Source of the DNA: a virus
Taxonomy: Duplodnaviria; Caudoviricetes
Virus record (IMG/VR): IMGVR_UViG_3300015203_000010
Span: 1-54,037 of that record
Strand: one strand, 5' to 3'
DNA: 54,037 bases
The translations under genes were made by a program, and so were the position numbers. Of this stretch, positions 18,122 to 27,861 are shown one piece after another. The notes under the pieces are model-generated. The model worked only from the letters and a program-made list of their open reading frames with translations, made no database searches and was not told the DNA's origin. Numbering within the stretch: position 1 is the first letter of the stretch; each line of letters begins with the position of its first letter.

Positions 18122-19464
18122 ATTTCCCACAGAAATTGACTTTTCTTTTAGACAGCCCCGCACGATACAAGGTATTGTGGGGAGGCCGTGGCGGTATGAA
18201 AACCGAAACTATGGCCATGGCTTTAATTATTTTGACTACTCAAAAAAAATTGAGAATAGCTTGTTTTAGAGAATTACAAAATTCAATTGAAGAATCTGTA
18301 TATGAAACTATTAAAAATAGAATTTCTGATATGGATTTGGAAGATGAATTTGTTATTCAATCTCGCACAATAGTATCAAAACGCACAGGCTCAGAATTTA
18401 TATTTTCTGGATTAAGATATAATATCAATAAAATTAAAAGTATGGCGCGCATTGACATAGCGTGGGTAGAAGAAGCCGTCAATGTAACAAAAATGTCCTG
18501 GGACAAATTAGCGCCAACAATTCGTGGACGGCATGAAGATGACCCAAATGGAATGGGTGGTCCTTTTGGTCTAGGCCCGGAAATTTGGATTTCATATAAT
18601 CCTGAGACGGATCAAGATGAAACTTATAAAAGATTTTATTTACAACGAGATAAATTTGCTCCTGATTTTGATAAAAACGGTGAACGCTTTGCGTATGTAG
18701 TTAAAGTTGGATGGGAAGATAACCCTTGGTTTCCGCCAGACCTTCGACGCGAAATGGAAATATTAAAGTTGGCTGATGAAACAGCTTGGCTAAATGTTTG
18801 GCAAGGAAATACTCGGCAAACTCTCGACGGCGCTATTTTTGCAAAGGAAATTAAAACGGTATTGCTAGAAGGCCGTCGCGGCAAAGTGCCTTACGATTCT
18901 TCACGTCCCGTTCACACTTTTTGGGACCTCGGTCATTCCGATCACACAGCTATTTGGTTTGTGCAGCAAGTCGGTATGGAATACAATATTATAAATTACT
19001 ATCAGGATCATCTTCAAAAAATTGGATTTTATTTAGAGTATCTGCAATCTCAAAAATATATGTACGGCAAGCATTACTTGCCGCATGACGCTGATAATGA
19101 AACTTTGGCTAGTCGAAGCATTGCTAAGATTGTTAGAGAGACTTACCCTAACAGCGTTAAGCTTGTGCCGCGCATTGCTAAGAAAGTTTTGGGTATCAAC
19201 GCGAGTAGAACAGTTTTTGATTTATGTAATTTTGACGAAGAAAACACTAGTGACGGCTGGCAATGTCTTTGCCGCTATCAGTACGATGTAAATGCAGAGA
19301 CAGGGCAATTTAGCCGTGAGCCTGCCCACAACGAATATTCGCACGGCGCTGACGCCTTCCAAACCTTCGCTCTATCTTTAAAATCTGAGACAGCTACCAA
19401 AAAACATGTTAAGTCGTCCACTAACGTAATTCCTATGCGTAACGCAAACAATTGGATGGCGTGA
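18112..19464 (+). CDS. terL: terminase large subunit (PBSX-like)
   Basis: Walker A GGRGGMKT, RELQNSI, Walker B AWVEEA, nuclease WDLG and SHGADAF. Confidence 0.95.
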   Translation: MEINFPQKLTFLLDSPARYKVLWGGRGGMKTETMAMALIILTTQKKLRIACFRELQNSIEESVYETIKNRISDMDLEDEFVIQSRTIVSKRTGSEFIFSGLRYNINKIKSMARIDIAWVEEAVNVTKMSWDKLAPTIRGRHEDDPNGMGGPFGLGPEIWISYNPETDQDETYKRFYLQRDKFAPDFDKNGERFAYVVKVGWEDNPWFPPDLRREMEILKLADETAWLNVWQGNTRQTLDGAIFAKEIKTVLLEGRRGKVPYDSSRPVHTFWDLGHSDHTAIWFVQQVGMEYNIINYYQDHLQKIGFYLEYLQSQKYMYGKHYLPHDADNETLASRSIAKIVRETYPNSVKLVPRIAKKVLGINASRTVFDLCNFDEENTSDGWQCLCRYQYDVNAETGQFSREPAHNEYSHGADAFQTFALSLKSETATKKHVKSSTNVIPMRNANNWMA

Positions 19465-19468
19465 TCTA

Positions 19469-21778
19469 ATGTCCGACGAAGAAATTGTTATTGAAGCAAA
19501 AAAGCGATTTAATACCTGTGAAGAATGGGAAGCTCCCACTCGTCGCTTATTCGATTACGATTACAAATTTGCCAATGGTGATTCCCATAATTTGTATCAA
19601 TGGGATAACCGCATTTCGTCTGACCGCTTTGTTAACAATCGTCCTGTGTTGACTGTCAATAAAGTCAATCAGCATAATTTAATGGTTATCAATGACGCCA
19701 AGCAAAACAAACCGGGTGTGAACATTCGTCCGGTTGGCGAAGCTGCAAGCTTTGAAGCCGCACAGGTTTTTCAAGGTATTGTTAGGCACATTGAATATAT
19801 TTCAAACGCCGAAAGCGTTTATGACCACGCCACAACATTTCAGGTTGAAGCTGGTATAGGCTACTGGCGCGTTCAAACCGATTATATGTCGCCAAAGTCT
19901 TTCGACCAGGAAATTTATATTCGGTCAATTAAAGACCCGCGTTCGGTTTATCTTGACCCTGATATTAATGAGGAAGATGGGTCTGACGCGCGTTTCGGTT
20001 TTATCTTTGAAGATATGCCGAAAGATTTGTATGATGACAAATATCCCGAATTTAAAGATTTGGGTTGGGCAACTACATTTAATCAAAAGCCTGATATGTG
20101 GCTAACACGCGATTTGGTTCGCGTTGCCGAATACTATCGCAAGACTCAGAAAAAAGATAAATACGTTTATTTCGTCAATCCACAAAGCGGCGAAGCTGTT
20201 CAAAAGTTTTTGAGTGAATTAGAGCCTGACGAAAAGGCACTGTACACTCAAATTAAAAAAAGTGAAAGCCAAATACCGGAAACGATGCGCTCTTATAAAG
20301 AGCGTAAGATTCTGACTGACAATATTGAATGGTTCAAGATCGCTGGCAACACGATTATTGATCGTGGCCCTTGGCTTGGTAAATATATTCCGATTGTTCG
20401 CTTAGTCGGTACGGAAACAATTATTGATGGCATTATGGACCGCAAGGGCCATACTCGCGCATTGATTGACCCACAGAAAATCTATAATTGGAACACCAGC
20501 GCAAACCAGGAATACGGAGCGCTGCAAACCAAGTCGCCTTATATTGCTGCTACAAAAGCAATTGAAGGTTACGAAGAAATTTATAAAACCGCTAACACGG
20601 TTAATCATTCCTACATTCCATATAACTCGCTTGACGAAGATGGCAACGTAATTCCGCCTCCACAGCGTAACCCGCCTCCTACGGGTTCGCCTGCTTATAT
20701 GGATCAACTAAAAATTTCTGAAAATGAAATGATGGCTGCCAGCGGGCAGTATCAAGCCCAAATGGGTGAAAATGAAAATGCAAAATCTGGCGTTGCTATT
20801 AATGCTCGTCAACGGCAAGGCGATAGAGCAACATATCACTTCATTGACAACAATGCCAAAGCCATTCGCTTTACCGGAAAGATTTTAATTGATTTGATTC
20901 CGAAAGTTTATGATACCAAGCGAGTTATGCAGATTTCGGCTAGTGACGGTAGCATGATGGACGTTACCGTTGATCCTGAAGCACAAGAAGCATTTCAAAA
21001 GCAACAGCCGGGGCCGGAAGGTCCGGTTATGGATAAGGGGCAAGAAATTGCTCAGATTATTTTTAATCCTAATATTGGCACTTACGATATTCATTCTGAA
21101 GTCGGGCCTTCTTATGCTACACGCCGTCAAGAGGCTTTCAACGCTCTTACTCAGATTGCCGCTCAGAATAAAGAATTTATGGGTGTTGCTGGCGACATTC
21201 TTTGGAAGGTTGCGGACTTCCCCGAAGCACAGGTACTCGCGGAACGCTGGCGCAAGATTATCCCGCCAAACATTACGGGAGATACACCTAACCCACAAAT
21301 TGAACAGGCGATGCACGCGGCGTCTGATAAAATCGAGCAACAGCTTGCACTTATCGCGCAACAGCAAAAGGAGTTGGCTGACAAGGAAATGGAGTTTAAA
21401 ATCAAGAGTCTTGAAGCTGATACCAAGTATAAAACGGCATTGGCTGATGCTTCACGTCTCGATTATGAAGCTGAGACAAAACGCCTAGTCGCCTTGGGTA
21501 ATTCTGGCCCTGCTATTGCTATGGAGCAAATTCAACCTGTTCTTAAACAATTGTTGGCTGGCATGATTCAAAACGGTGAATTGATTGTCAATCAACCGGG
21601 TGTCAATGAAGGCGGTACGCCTGTGCCTAGCGGGGAAGCGCCAACGGAAGGCGAGGAAGCCGCGCCTGAGCCGCAGGAACAACCGCCTGTGCCGGGGGCA
21701 AAACTCGCACCTGACGGTAATCACTACGTTCCAGACCCTAACCGCGAAGGTAAATATTTAAGGGTCGATAATGCCTGA
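19469..21778 (+). CDS. portal protein (P22 gp1-like)
   Basis: follows terL; RPVLTVN, GIGYWRV, SGVAINARQRQG, DI..EVGPSYATRRQE motifs. Confidence 0.92.
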   Translation: MSDEEIVIEAKKRFNTCEEWEAPTRRLFDYDYKFANGDSHNLYQWDNRISSDRFVNNRPVLTVNKVNQHNLMVINDAKQNKPGVNIRPVGEAASFEAAQVFQGIVRHIEYISNAESVYDHATTFQVEAGIGYWRVQTDYMSPKSFDQEIYIRSIKDPRSVYLDPDINEEDGSDARFGFIFEDMPKDLYDDKYPEFKDLGWATTFNQKPDMWLTRDLVRVAEYYRKTQKKDKYVYFVNPQSGEAVQKFLSELEPDEKALYTQIKKSESQIPETMRSYKERKILTDNIEWFKIAGNTIIDRGPWLGKYIPIVRLVGTETIIDGIMDRKGHTRALIDPQKIYNWNTSANQEYGALQTKSPYIAATKAIEGYEEIYKTANTVNHSYIPYNSLDEDGNVIPPPQRNPPPTGSPAYMDQLKISENEMMAASGQYQAQMGENENAKSGVAINARQRQGDRATYHFIDNNAKAIRFTGKILIDLIPKVYDTKRVMQISASDGSMMDVTVDPEAQEAFQKQQPGPEGPVMDKGQEIAQIIFNPNIGTYDIHSEVGPSYATRRQEAFNALTQIAAQNKEFMGVAGDILWKVADFPEAQVLAERWRKIIPPNITGDTPNPQIEQAMHAASDKIEQQLALIAQQQKELADKEMEFKIKSLEADTKYKTALADASRLDYEAETKRLVALGNSGPAIAMEQIQPVLKQLLAGMIQNGELIVNQPGVNEGGTPVPSGEAPTEGEEAAPEPQEQPPVPGAKLAPDGNHYVPDPNREGKYLRVDNA

Positions 21779-24005
21779 TATTCTACAATACACAGAGGGC
21801 GATAATTTACCCTATTATCAGCATTACCCCGATGCTGAAGAAAACAAACTATATCAGCCTGCACAGGCGCAAGGATCGGCACAGGTTCAATATCCGTTGC
21901 CGGTTGAAGCTCCTACGTTTCAACAGCCTGTAGAGGCTTCCAAGCCTGCCTACAAATTAACTCAGGTTGATGTTGACCCGTTTCAATCGACTGGAACGGA
22001 AAATAATATAAAAGACGAAAGCAGCGGGTTTAAACCGCTTGATAAATTATTTGGCTTAGGTGGACAAGAGCGTTATCAAACTTGGCCGGAAAAGATGGTA
22101 CGAGAAGCCGTAACCGCGCCGCATGATGTAATGAATAGTCCTACGCCAATGACTAGCGAGCAAATGATTCCAGCCGCACAAGCTATTTCTAGTTTAGCGG
22201 CAGTCGGCTCTATGCCGATGGCTGGCAAGGGGACGTTGGGGGCTTTGGGAGGGCGCTTAATTCAAGTTGACCATGATCCATTTGCTACGGCTCCCACATT
22301 TTATTCTGCTGTTGAAAACGGTATTAATCAAGTACCTGAAAATGTGTTAACTGGTGAACAGTGGTTGTCGAGAGTATGGCAACCTGAAAGCACTAGAACT
22401 GTTGCTGTACGCGATCCTGCTACAAACAAACCTACTGGTGAGACTCGACAAGTTGTAATGCCCGCGTCTAGTCCGATGAAAGGTGTAAAGCCTGAAGAAT
22501 TAGATTGGCTAGGCTTAAGAGAATTTTTAAATGAAAATAAAGGCAAGCCTGTTACCAAGCAAGAAGTCTTAGATCATGTGGAGGGGAATAAGGTTGGGTT
22601 GCAGGAGATTAATAAGGGAAATACTATTGATCCAGATACAATTTATGAGCAAGCTAAAAATATAGTAGAAGAAAGATATCCTCAATATAATCCAGATCAT
22701 CCCATGTATGAGGAATTAATTAGAGACGTTTCTGATGAATTAGAGGGAGCTTCTAAATCGTCTACAAAATTTTCCTCCTACCAACTTCCCGGCGGCGAAA
22801 ATTATCGTGAGATGTTGCTGACGTTGCCATATGAAAAAAAAGGTTTACAAATACGGGAAGGCGAAACTGCTATTGACGCTTTTGATAGAATGAATGCTGA
22901 AAATAAACAGCCTTATTACAAATCCTCCCATTGGGACGAGCCAAACGTCCTAGCTCACGTTCGCATGAACGATAGGGTTATTGATGGAAAGAAAAGTTTA
23001 CACTTAGAAGAAATTCAAAGTGACTGGCATCAGGCGGGACGTGGAAAAGGATATGATAGTCCTGCGGAACGCGCTAAAGATTTAAATGAACTTCCTGAAG
23101 GCTATAAAGTCGGGATTGGGCATTTGAATGGGCGTGATAGATACGAAGTTCGCGAGCCAGATGGAAAGCTAATAGCTGCACACGCCACTAAAGATGGCGC
23201 GGTAGTGTCGGCTCTTAATCATGTAAATGATGAACTTAGGCGTGCGCGAGGTCAAGAGGGTTCGCCGGTTCCAGATGCCCCCTTCAAAAAATCTTGGCAT
23301 GAACTTGCCTTGAAACGAATGATTCGTGAAGCCGCTGAAAAAGGTTATGACAGAATTTCTTGGACTCCTGGTGAGGCACAGGCGGCTAGGTATGATTTGA
23401 GTAAGCAGGTTGATACTATTCAGGCTACGAAGCTTCCTGACGGAACGTACAATGTTTATGCTAGACCTCTAAACGACGCTGGTTTTTCGCCAGTCGGCCA
23501 TTCAATTCCTGAAAATAAATTGGCTGAAAGTGTGGGTAAAGATTTAGCTGAAAAAATTATTAAACAAGATGTTGATAAAGCCAAAAGTTATAAGGGAGTT
23601 GATTTAAAAATTGGCGGCGAAGGTATGAAAGGTTTCTATGACCAAATCATCCCCAAAGCCGTAGAAAAGATTGGTAAGGAACATGGGGTGAAGGTAAAGC
23701 AGGGTGGCGCTGAAACACATAGAGGTTATCCTGAGCAACTTTCTGTTATGGATAAAAATGGGAATCATGTTAAAGATTTTAAAACAATGGATGAAGCTAG
23801 AAAATTTTTAAATGATCCTAGCAATGGTGTTTTCGGTGGAAAAATTAAAGGAAATAAGGCTATCCCACCTAAGATTGAACCCATCCACTACATCGATATT
23901 CCGCAATCTTTAAAAGATACCGCCTTACGAAAAGGATTCCCTTTGTTTTCGTCGGGAATGATGCTAAGCCCGGTGGAGCACAATCCCTTTGAGGAAAATA
24001 AATAA
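21771..24005 (+). CDS. large conserved phage protein, possibly virion-packaged/ejected
   Basis: PGGENYRE, SHWDEPNVLAHVR, EEIQSDWHQ, PDAPFK, GGEGMKGFYD motifs; translationally coupled to portal. Confidence 0.7.
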   Translation: MPDILQYTEGDNLPYYQHYPDAEENKLYQPAQAQGSAQVQYPLPVEAPTFQQPVEASKPAYKLTQVDVDPFQSTGTENNIKDESSGFKPLDKLFGLGGQERYQTWPEKMVREAVTAPHDVMNSPTPMTSEQMIPAAQAISSLAAVGSMPMAGKGTLGALGGRLIQVDHDPFATAPTFYSAVENGINQVPENVLTGEQWLSRVWQPESTRTVAVRDPATNKPTGETRQVVMPASSPMKGVKPEELDWLGLREFLNENKGKPVTKQEVLDHVEGNKVGLQEINKGNTIDPDTIYEQAKNIVEERYPQYNPDHPMYEELIRDVSDELEGASKSSTKFSSYQLPGGENYREMLLTLPYEKKGLQIREGETAIDAFDRMNAENKQPYYKSSHWDEPNVLAHVRMNDRVIDGKKSLHLEEIQSDWHQAGRGKGYDSPAERAKDLNELPEGYKVGIGHLNGRDRYEVREPDGKLIAAHATKDGAVVSALNHVNDELRRARGQEGSPVPDAPFKKSWHELALKRMIREAAEKGYDRISWTPGEAQAARYDLSKQVDTIQATKLPDGTYNVYARPLNDAGFSPVGHSIPENKLAESVGKDLAEKIIKQDVDKAKSYKGVDLKIGGEGMKGFYDQIIPKAVEKIGKEHGVKVKQGGAETHRGYPEQLSVMDKNGNHVKDFKTMDEARKFLNDPSNGVFGGKIKGNKAIPPKIEPIHYIDIPQSLKDTALRKGFPLFSSGMMLSPVEHNPFEENK

Positions 24006-24364
24006 TGTCAAAATTGAAAACAGTAATTCCAAAATATACCGTCATCGAAAAGACAGCCGGTGAACTCGCTGCATGTTTTTATGAAGCTGGCCGCTCGTCT
24101 GGATTAACTAGCAAACATAAGAACGCGCGTGCCTATGCTAAAGCGAACATAGAGAGATTTATTCCAAAAGCAGTAGAAATTTTGACTACTATGTTAGGTC
24201 AAAACAATATTGCTGATTTGGCCAAACAAGAGATATACGAAGCGTTGATGGAGCGCGCAAACGCTCCCGGCCTTGAAATCTTGAATGAACCTGTGCCGCA
24301 ATTTAAATTGCCTGAAAGTTGGACGCCTGTTATAAATTCTAAAGGTAGCAAAAGGATTCAGTGA
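24005..24364 (+). CDS. hypothetical protein
   Basis: TAATG-coupled ORF. Confidence 0.65.
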   Translation: MSKLKTVIPKYTVIEKTAGELAACFYEAGRSSGLTSKHKNARAYAKANIERFIPKAVEILTTMLGQNNIADLAKQEIYEALMERANAPGLEILNEPVPQFKLPESWTPVINSKGSKRIQ

Positions 24365-24585
24365 TGCGAAACAAATTACCAGTGCAAAAAGCCGGTGGTC
24401 CTACCCCTGAAATTCCAGCGGCGATGCACGCCAGAGTCGATATGGATAGGGAAATGCAGTATAAAGCTAAATCGGCTTTAGATGATATTGAACGCGCCGA
24501 AGGTCATAAGAAAGACCGCGAGCTTATGAAGCACGTCAAGAAGCTTGGACGTGAGAAGATCAAAACGCTAAAGGACATTTGCTAA
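24361..24585 (+). CDS. hypothetical protein
   Basis: coupled ORF; A.SALDDIERAE.HKKD..LM pattern. Confidence 0.6.
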   Translation: MMRNKLPVQKAGGPTPEIPAAMHARVDMDREMQYKAKSALDDIERAEGHKKDRELMKHVKKLGREKIKTLKDIC

Positions 24586-24605
24586 AATGAAAAAGGAATA
24601 ATCAA

Positions 24606-25094
24606 ATGAATTTGTCTCGACGCTTTTTCTTAGGTGGTGCAATTTCTTTAGTGGCTGTGCAGACGTTCATTCCAAATGTTTCAGCTATGATGAATTTACC
24701 TACAATTTACGGTGACGGTGTTCATGATGATACTGCTGGTTTAGGCGCTATTTTTAGAAATGAGCCGGTAACTTTTAATAAAGAGCAAATTGGTGTCGAT
24801 AGTCACGAAGGGCTTACCTTTCATCATGGTAGATTTAAAATTACCAACACTGTTAATATTCCAGCGAATAGTAAAATTGAAGTTATACGCGCTATATTTG
24901 TGGGTATAGAGTTAGACCCTAATTTTCCTTTCTTTAGTTGCGAAGATTTTAGCGGACATTCTTTTTCTGGAAATGGAATTTTTGAAATGAAAAAACTACC
25001 TAGAAAAGTTTTGATTGAATTTAAACATTTGAAACAAGATCGTGAATGGGTTGATGAACGTAAAGAAAAAGACTTAGAATGGATGCCTCGCTGA
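24606..25094 (+). CDS. Tat-signal protein with beta-helix cap motif
   Basis: SRRFFL twin-arginine motif plus h-region; GDGVHDDTA. Confidence 0.7.
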   Translation: MNLSRRFFLGGAISLVAVQTFIPNVSAMMNLPTIYGDGVHDDTAGLGAIFRNEPVTFNKEQIGVDSHEGLTFHHGRFKITNTVNIPANSKIEVIRAIFVGIELDPNFPFFSCEDFSGHSFSGNGIFEMKKLPRKVLIEFKHLKQDREWVDERKEKDLEWMPR

Positions 25095-25297
25095 TGTTCG
25101 ATCCTAAATTCATCCCCATCGCCTCTGACGACGAGCTTAGCCAAGCGAGCCGGTCGCTTGATCTATTGATTAAAAATCACTACGCTAGACTGAGCGAGTT
25201 AACTAAAAAGCTTTCGCCTATGCCTACAATAAATCCCGCAACTTTAGAATTGAAATCAAAAATTGACTCTGAAATAGAAAGTAGAAAAAATGGATGA
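25094..25297 (+). CDS. hypothetical protein
   Basis: TGATG-coupled ORF. Confidence 0.5.
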   Translation: MFDPKFIPIASDDELSQASRSLDLLIKNHYARLSELTKKLSPMPTINPATLELKSKIDSEIESRKNG

Positions 25298-26117
25298 AGT
25301 TAAAGAAAAATCCGCTGTAGAACTTGCGCGCGAAGCTATTAAAGTTACTTCACATACCGTTCCTGAAATAGAGGAAGAAAATGTTGTTGAAGAATCACCT
25401 GTAGTTGAAGAAGAAAAGCAAGTTGAAGAAGCGGAAGAAACAATTGAAAAACACGAAGCTACCGAAGAAGAACTTAAAGAGCAAAAGGCGGAAGCGGACA
25501 CCGAAGCTGCTAAAGCCAAAATTCAAAAGCGAATTGATAAAGAAGTTGCAAAGCGCAAAGCTGTTGAAGCTGAGCGAGACGAATTAAAGCGTAAGCTTGA
25601 AGCTAAGCCAGATGCGGAAAATGCGTTAACCGAAGCCGATGTTGAAACTCGCGCGGAACGTCTAGCCGCTGAAAAGGACGCGCAGCGCGAATTTGTCAAG
25701 GCTTGCAATCGCGTTGCCGATGCTGCTGCAAAGGTTGATCCGAAGTTTAAGGACAAGGTTGACGCAATGGCTGAAGAAATTGGACCTATTCCTGGTCAAA
25801 TGATCGGCGCTTTGGATGACCTTGACAATGGCGGTGCTGTTCTAAGCTATCTGTCCAATAACGTAGACGAAGCCGAAGAAATCTATAATTTGCCGCCTAT
25901 GCGTATGGTATCGGCTTTGAACAAGCTGGCGTTCAAGCTCGAAAAGGCCGCTGTTAAAATCAAACCGCCGTCTAAGGTTCCTGCACCATTGGAAGGTGTT
26001 GGCGGCAATAGCAGACCGGCAAGCCCAACGATTACGGCGGCGGATGATCGCTTGCCTATGTCAAGTTGGGTGGAAAAGCGCAATGCTGAATTGAAAGCTA
26101 AAGGTAAGCGGTTTTAA
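25290..26117 (+). CDS. scaffolding protein
   Basis: acidic N-terminus, KIQKRIDK coiled coil, SKVPAPL, W...RN C-terminus; directly upstream of coat. Confidence 0.82.
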   Translation: MDEVKEKSAVELAREAIKVTSHTVPEIEEENVVEESPVVEEEKQVEEAEETIEKHEATEEELKEQKAEADTEAAKAKIQKRIDKEVAKRKAVEAERDELKRKLEAKPDAENALTEADVETRAERLAAEKDAQREFVKACNRVADAAAKVDPKFKDKVDAMAEEIGPIPGQMIGALDDLDNGGAVLSYLSNNVDEAEEIYNLPPMRMVSALNKLAFKLEKAAVKIKPPSKVPAPLEGVGGNSRPASPTITAADDRLPMSSWVEKRNAELKAKGKRF

Positions 26118-26123
26118 TAATAG

Positions 26124-26151
26124 AACTCCCGGTGTAATAACCGGGAGTTTT
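26124..26151 (+). terminator. rho-independent terminator
   Basis: AACTCCCGGT/ACCGGGAGTT perfect stem. Confidence 0.75.
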
Positions 26152-26154
26152 CAT

Positions 26155-26182
26155 TTGACAAGAGTTTTAATTTAGGTATTCT
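26155..26182 (+). promoter_or_regulatory. promoter of major capsid gene
   Basis: TTGACA-16-TATTCT. Confidence 0.55.
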
Positions 26183-26372
26183 AAAACTTCTAGCCCCTGT
26201 GGTCGGCTTATAATTGGCCCTGTTGTTTCGCCCCCGCGTCGGCTTCGTTGGCGCTGATTGGCTTGCTAAATTTGTCGGACTCAAGCCCCGGCTATTCACC
26301 ATTTTCTATTTCATCACCAAATTTATTGCACTTTAACTAGTGCTACATTTGATAAAATAAGGGTATTATACA

Positions 26373-27602
26373 ATGGCAAATTCGCTACTTACAGTGGACC
26401 AAATTACGCGCGAAGCGGTACGGTTATTCAAAAACTCTAACCTGTTCATCCAGAATCTTGATACTCAGTACGATAGCTCTTTTGCTATTGACGGTGCCAA
26501 GATTGGTACAGCGTTGCGTATTCGTCTGCCTAACGATTATGTCGTTAACGATGGTCCTGCGATGCAGTTGCAGGACACAACGGAACAGTACACCACGCTT
26601 AACGTGTCGTCTCAGAAAAACGTCGCGGTGCCGTTTACCACAGCGGAACGCACTATGTCGCTGGATGACTACGGCGAGCGTGTTATGGCTCCCATCATCA
26701 ACAACCTCGCTGGCAAGGTCGCGGCGACGATTATGGGCGCTGCTGAAGATGCCTGTAACCTCGTTTACAACGCCGATGGCGCGGGCACTCTGATTAGCCC
26801 CACGTCTCAGCAGTTCCTACAGGCTAACGCCGTGCTGGACGACAATTCGGCGGATATGATGACCCGCAACATGGTCAATGATCCGACGACCGATGCGCGT
26901 ACTACCGTCTCACTTCAGGGCTTGCTCAACCCGACTCCTGAAATTAGCCAGCAGTTCCGTACCGGCATGATGAAATCCGGCCTTGGTTTCGACAAGTGGT
27001 TCCGCGACCAGACCGTTATCAAGCATACTGTGGGTACATTCTCGGCTGGTGGTACTGTCAATCTCGGCAGTCAAACCGGCTCCACGATCAACGTCAACGC
27101 GATTACCGGCACGCTTAAGAAGGGCGATATTATTACCTTTGCGAACGTGAACGCCGTTAACCGCGTCACCAAGCAGTCGCTTGGCACGCTTCGTCAGTTC
27201 GTTGTGACTGCGGACGTGTTGACCGCTGCGACTTCGATTCCGATCTATCCGGCGCTTATTCCCCCGGCTGGTGGTGTTTCGACTGGTGCTGACGTTCAGT
27301 ATCAGACGGTTGATAGCTCGCCCATTAACGGCGCTGCTATGCTCCTGGTTCTGCCCGCTGGTACGGTTTACCGCAAGTCGCTTGCCTACGTTAAGAAGGC
27401 AATCACGATGGCGACTGCCGATCTTGTACTGCCTCGCAAGGCGGTGGAAGAAGCCGGACGCGCGGAATATGACGGTATCTCGATGCGCGTGTTGACCGAT
27501 TACCTTCCGGGTACAGATCAGTTGGCAACGCGAGTCGATGTGCTCTTTGGGTATAAAACCCTACGCGGAGAATGGTTGGTCGCCGTTGCCGATTCTATCT
27601 GA
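26373..27602 (+). CDS. major capsid protein (P22 coat gp5 family)
   Basis: MANSLLT..ITREA, GAKIG..LRIRLP, LKKGDIITF, RVDVLFG; high-expression codon bias. Confidence 0.93.
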   Translation: MANSLLTVDQITREAVRLFKNSNLFIQNLDTQYDSSFAIDGAKIGTALRIRLPNDYVVNDGPAMQLQDTTEQYTTLNVSSQKNVAVPFTTAERTMSLDDYGERVMAPIINNLAGKVAATIMGAAEDACNLVYNADGAGTLISPTSQQFLQANAVLDDNSADMMTRNMVNDPTTDARTTVSLQGLLNPTPEISQQFRTGMMKSGLGFDKWFRDQTVIKHTVGTFSAGGTVNLGSQTGSTINVNAITGTLKKGDIITFANVNAVNRVTKQSLGTLRQFVVTADVLTAATSIPIYPALIPPAGGVSTGADVQYQTVDSSPINGAAMLLVLPAGTVYRKSLAYVKKAITMATADLVLPRKAVEEAGRAEYDGISMRVLTDYLPGTDQLATRVDVLFGYKTLRGEWLVAVADSI

Positions 27603-27624
27603 TGATTTTATAACCGAATGATAC

Positions 27625-27655
27625 ATAGCCGGGGGTTAATCCTCCCGGCTATTTT
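27625..27655 (+). terminator. rho-independent terminator
   Basis: ATAGCCGGG/CCCGGCTAT followed by TTT. Confidence 0.75.
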
Positions 27656-27684
27656 CCCACAAATTTAAAATCAGGAACATTGAA

Positions 27685-27861
27685 ATGGCTAAAGACTCCA
27701 ACATCGCGAATGAGCGCGGTCACACTTTTTACCCAAAATTCGTGTACCCCAACGGCGAAAAGAAACCCGGTGTAATCGTTCAAGACGCGGACGAAGAAGC
27801 CAAGGCTATGGCTACTGCCAAGAAGCCGGTAGCGACCCCCGCTTGGAACGATAAAGCCTAA
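27685..27861 (+). CDS. small post-capsid protein (58 aa, not in ORF track)
   Basis: AGGA RBS; MAKDSNIANERGHTFYPKFVYPNGEKKPGVIVQDADEEAK...; TAATG coupling. Confidence 0.7.
   Translation: MAKDSNIANERGHTFYPKFVYPNGEKKPGVIVQDADEEAKAMATAKKPVATPAWNDKA

Noticed and set aside
20402-21724. Long antisense and alternate-frame ORFs within the portal (and similar ones in other large genes)
   Set aside because: Shadow ORFs without RBS or recognisable motifs
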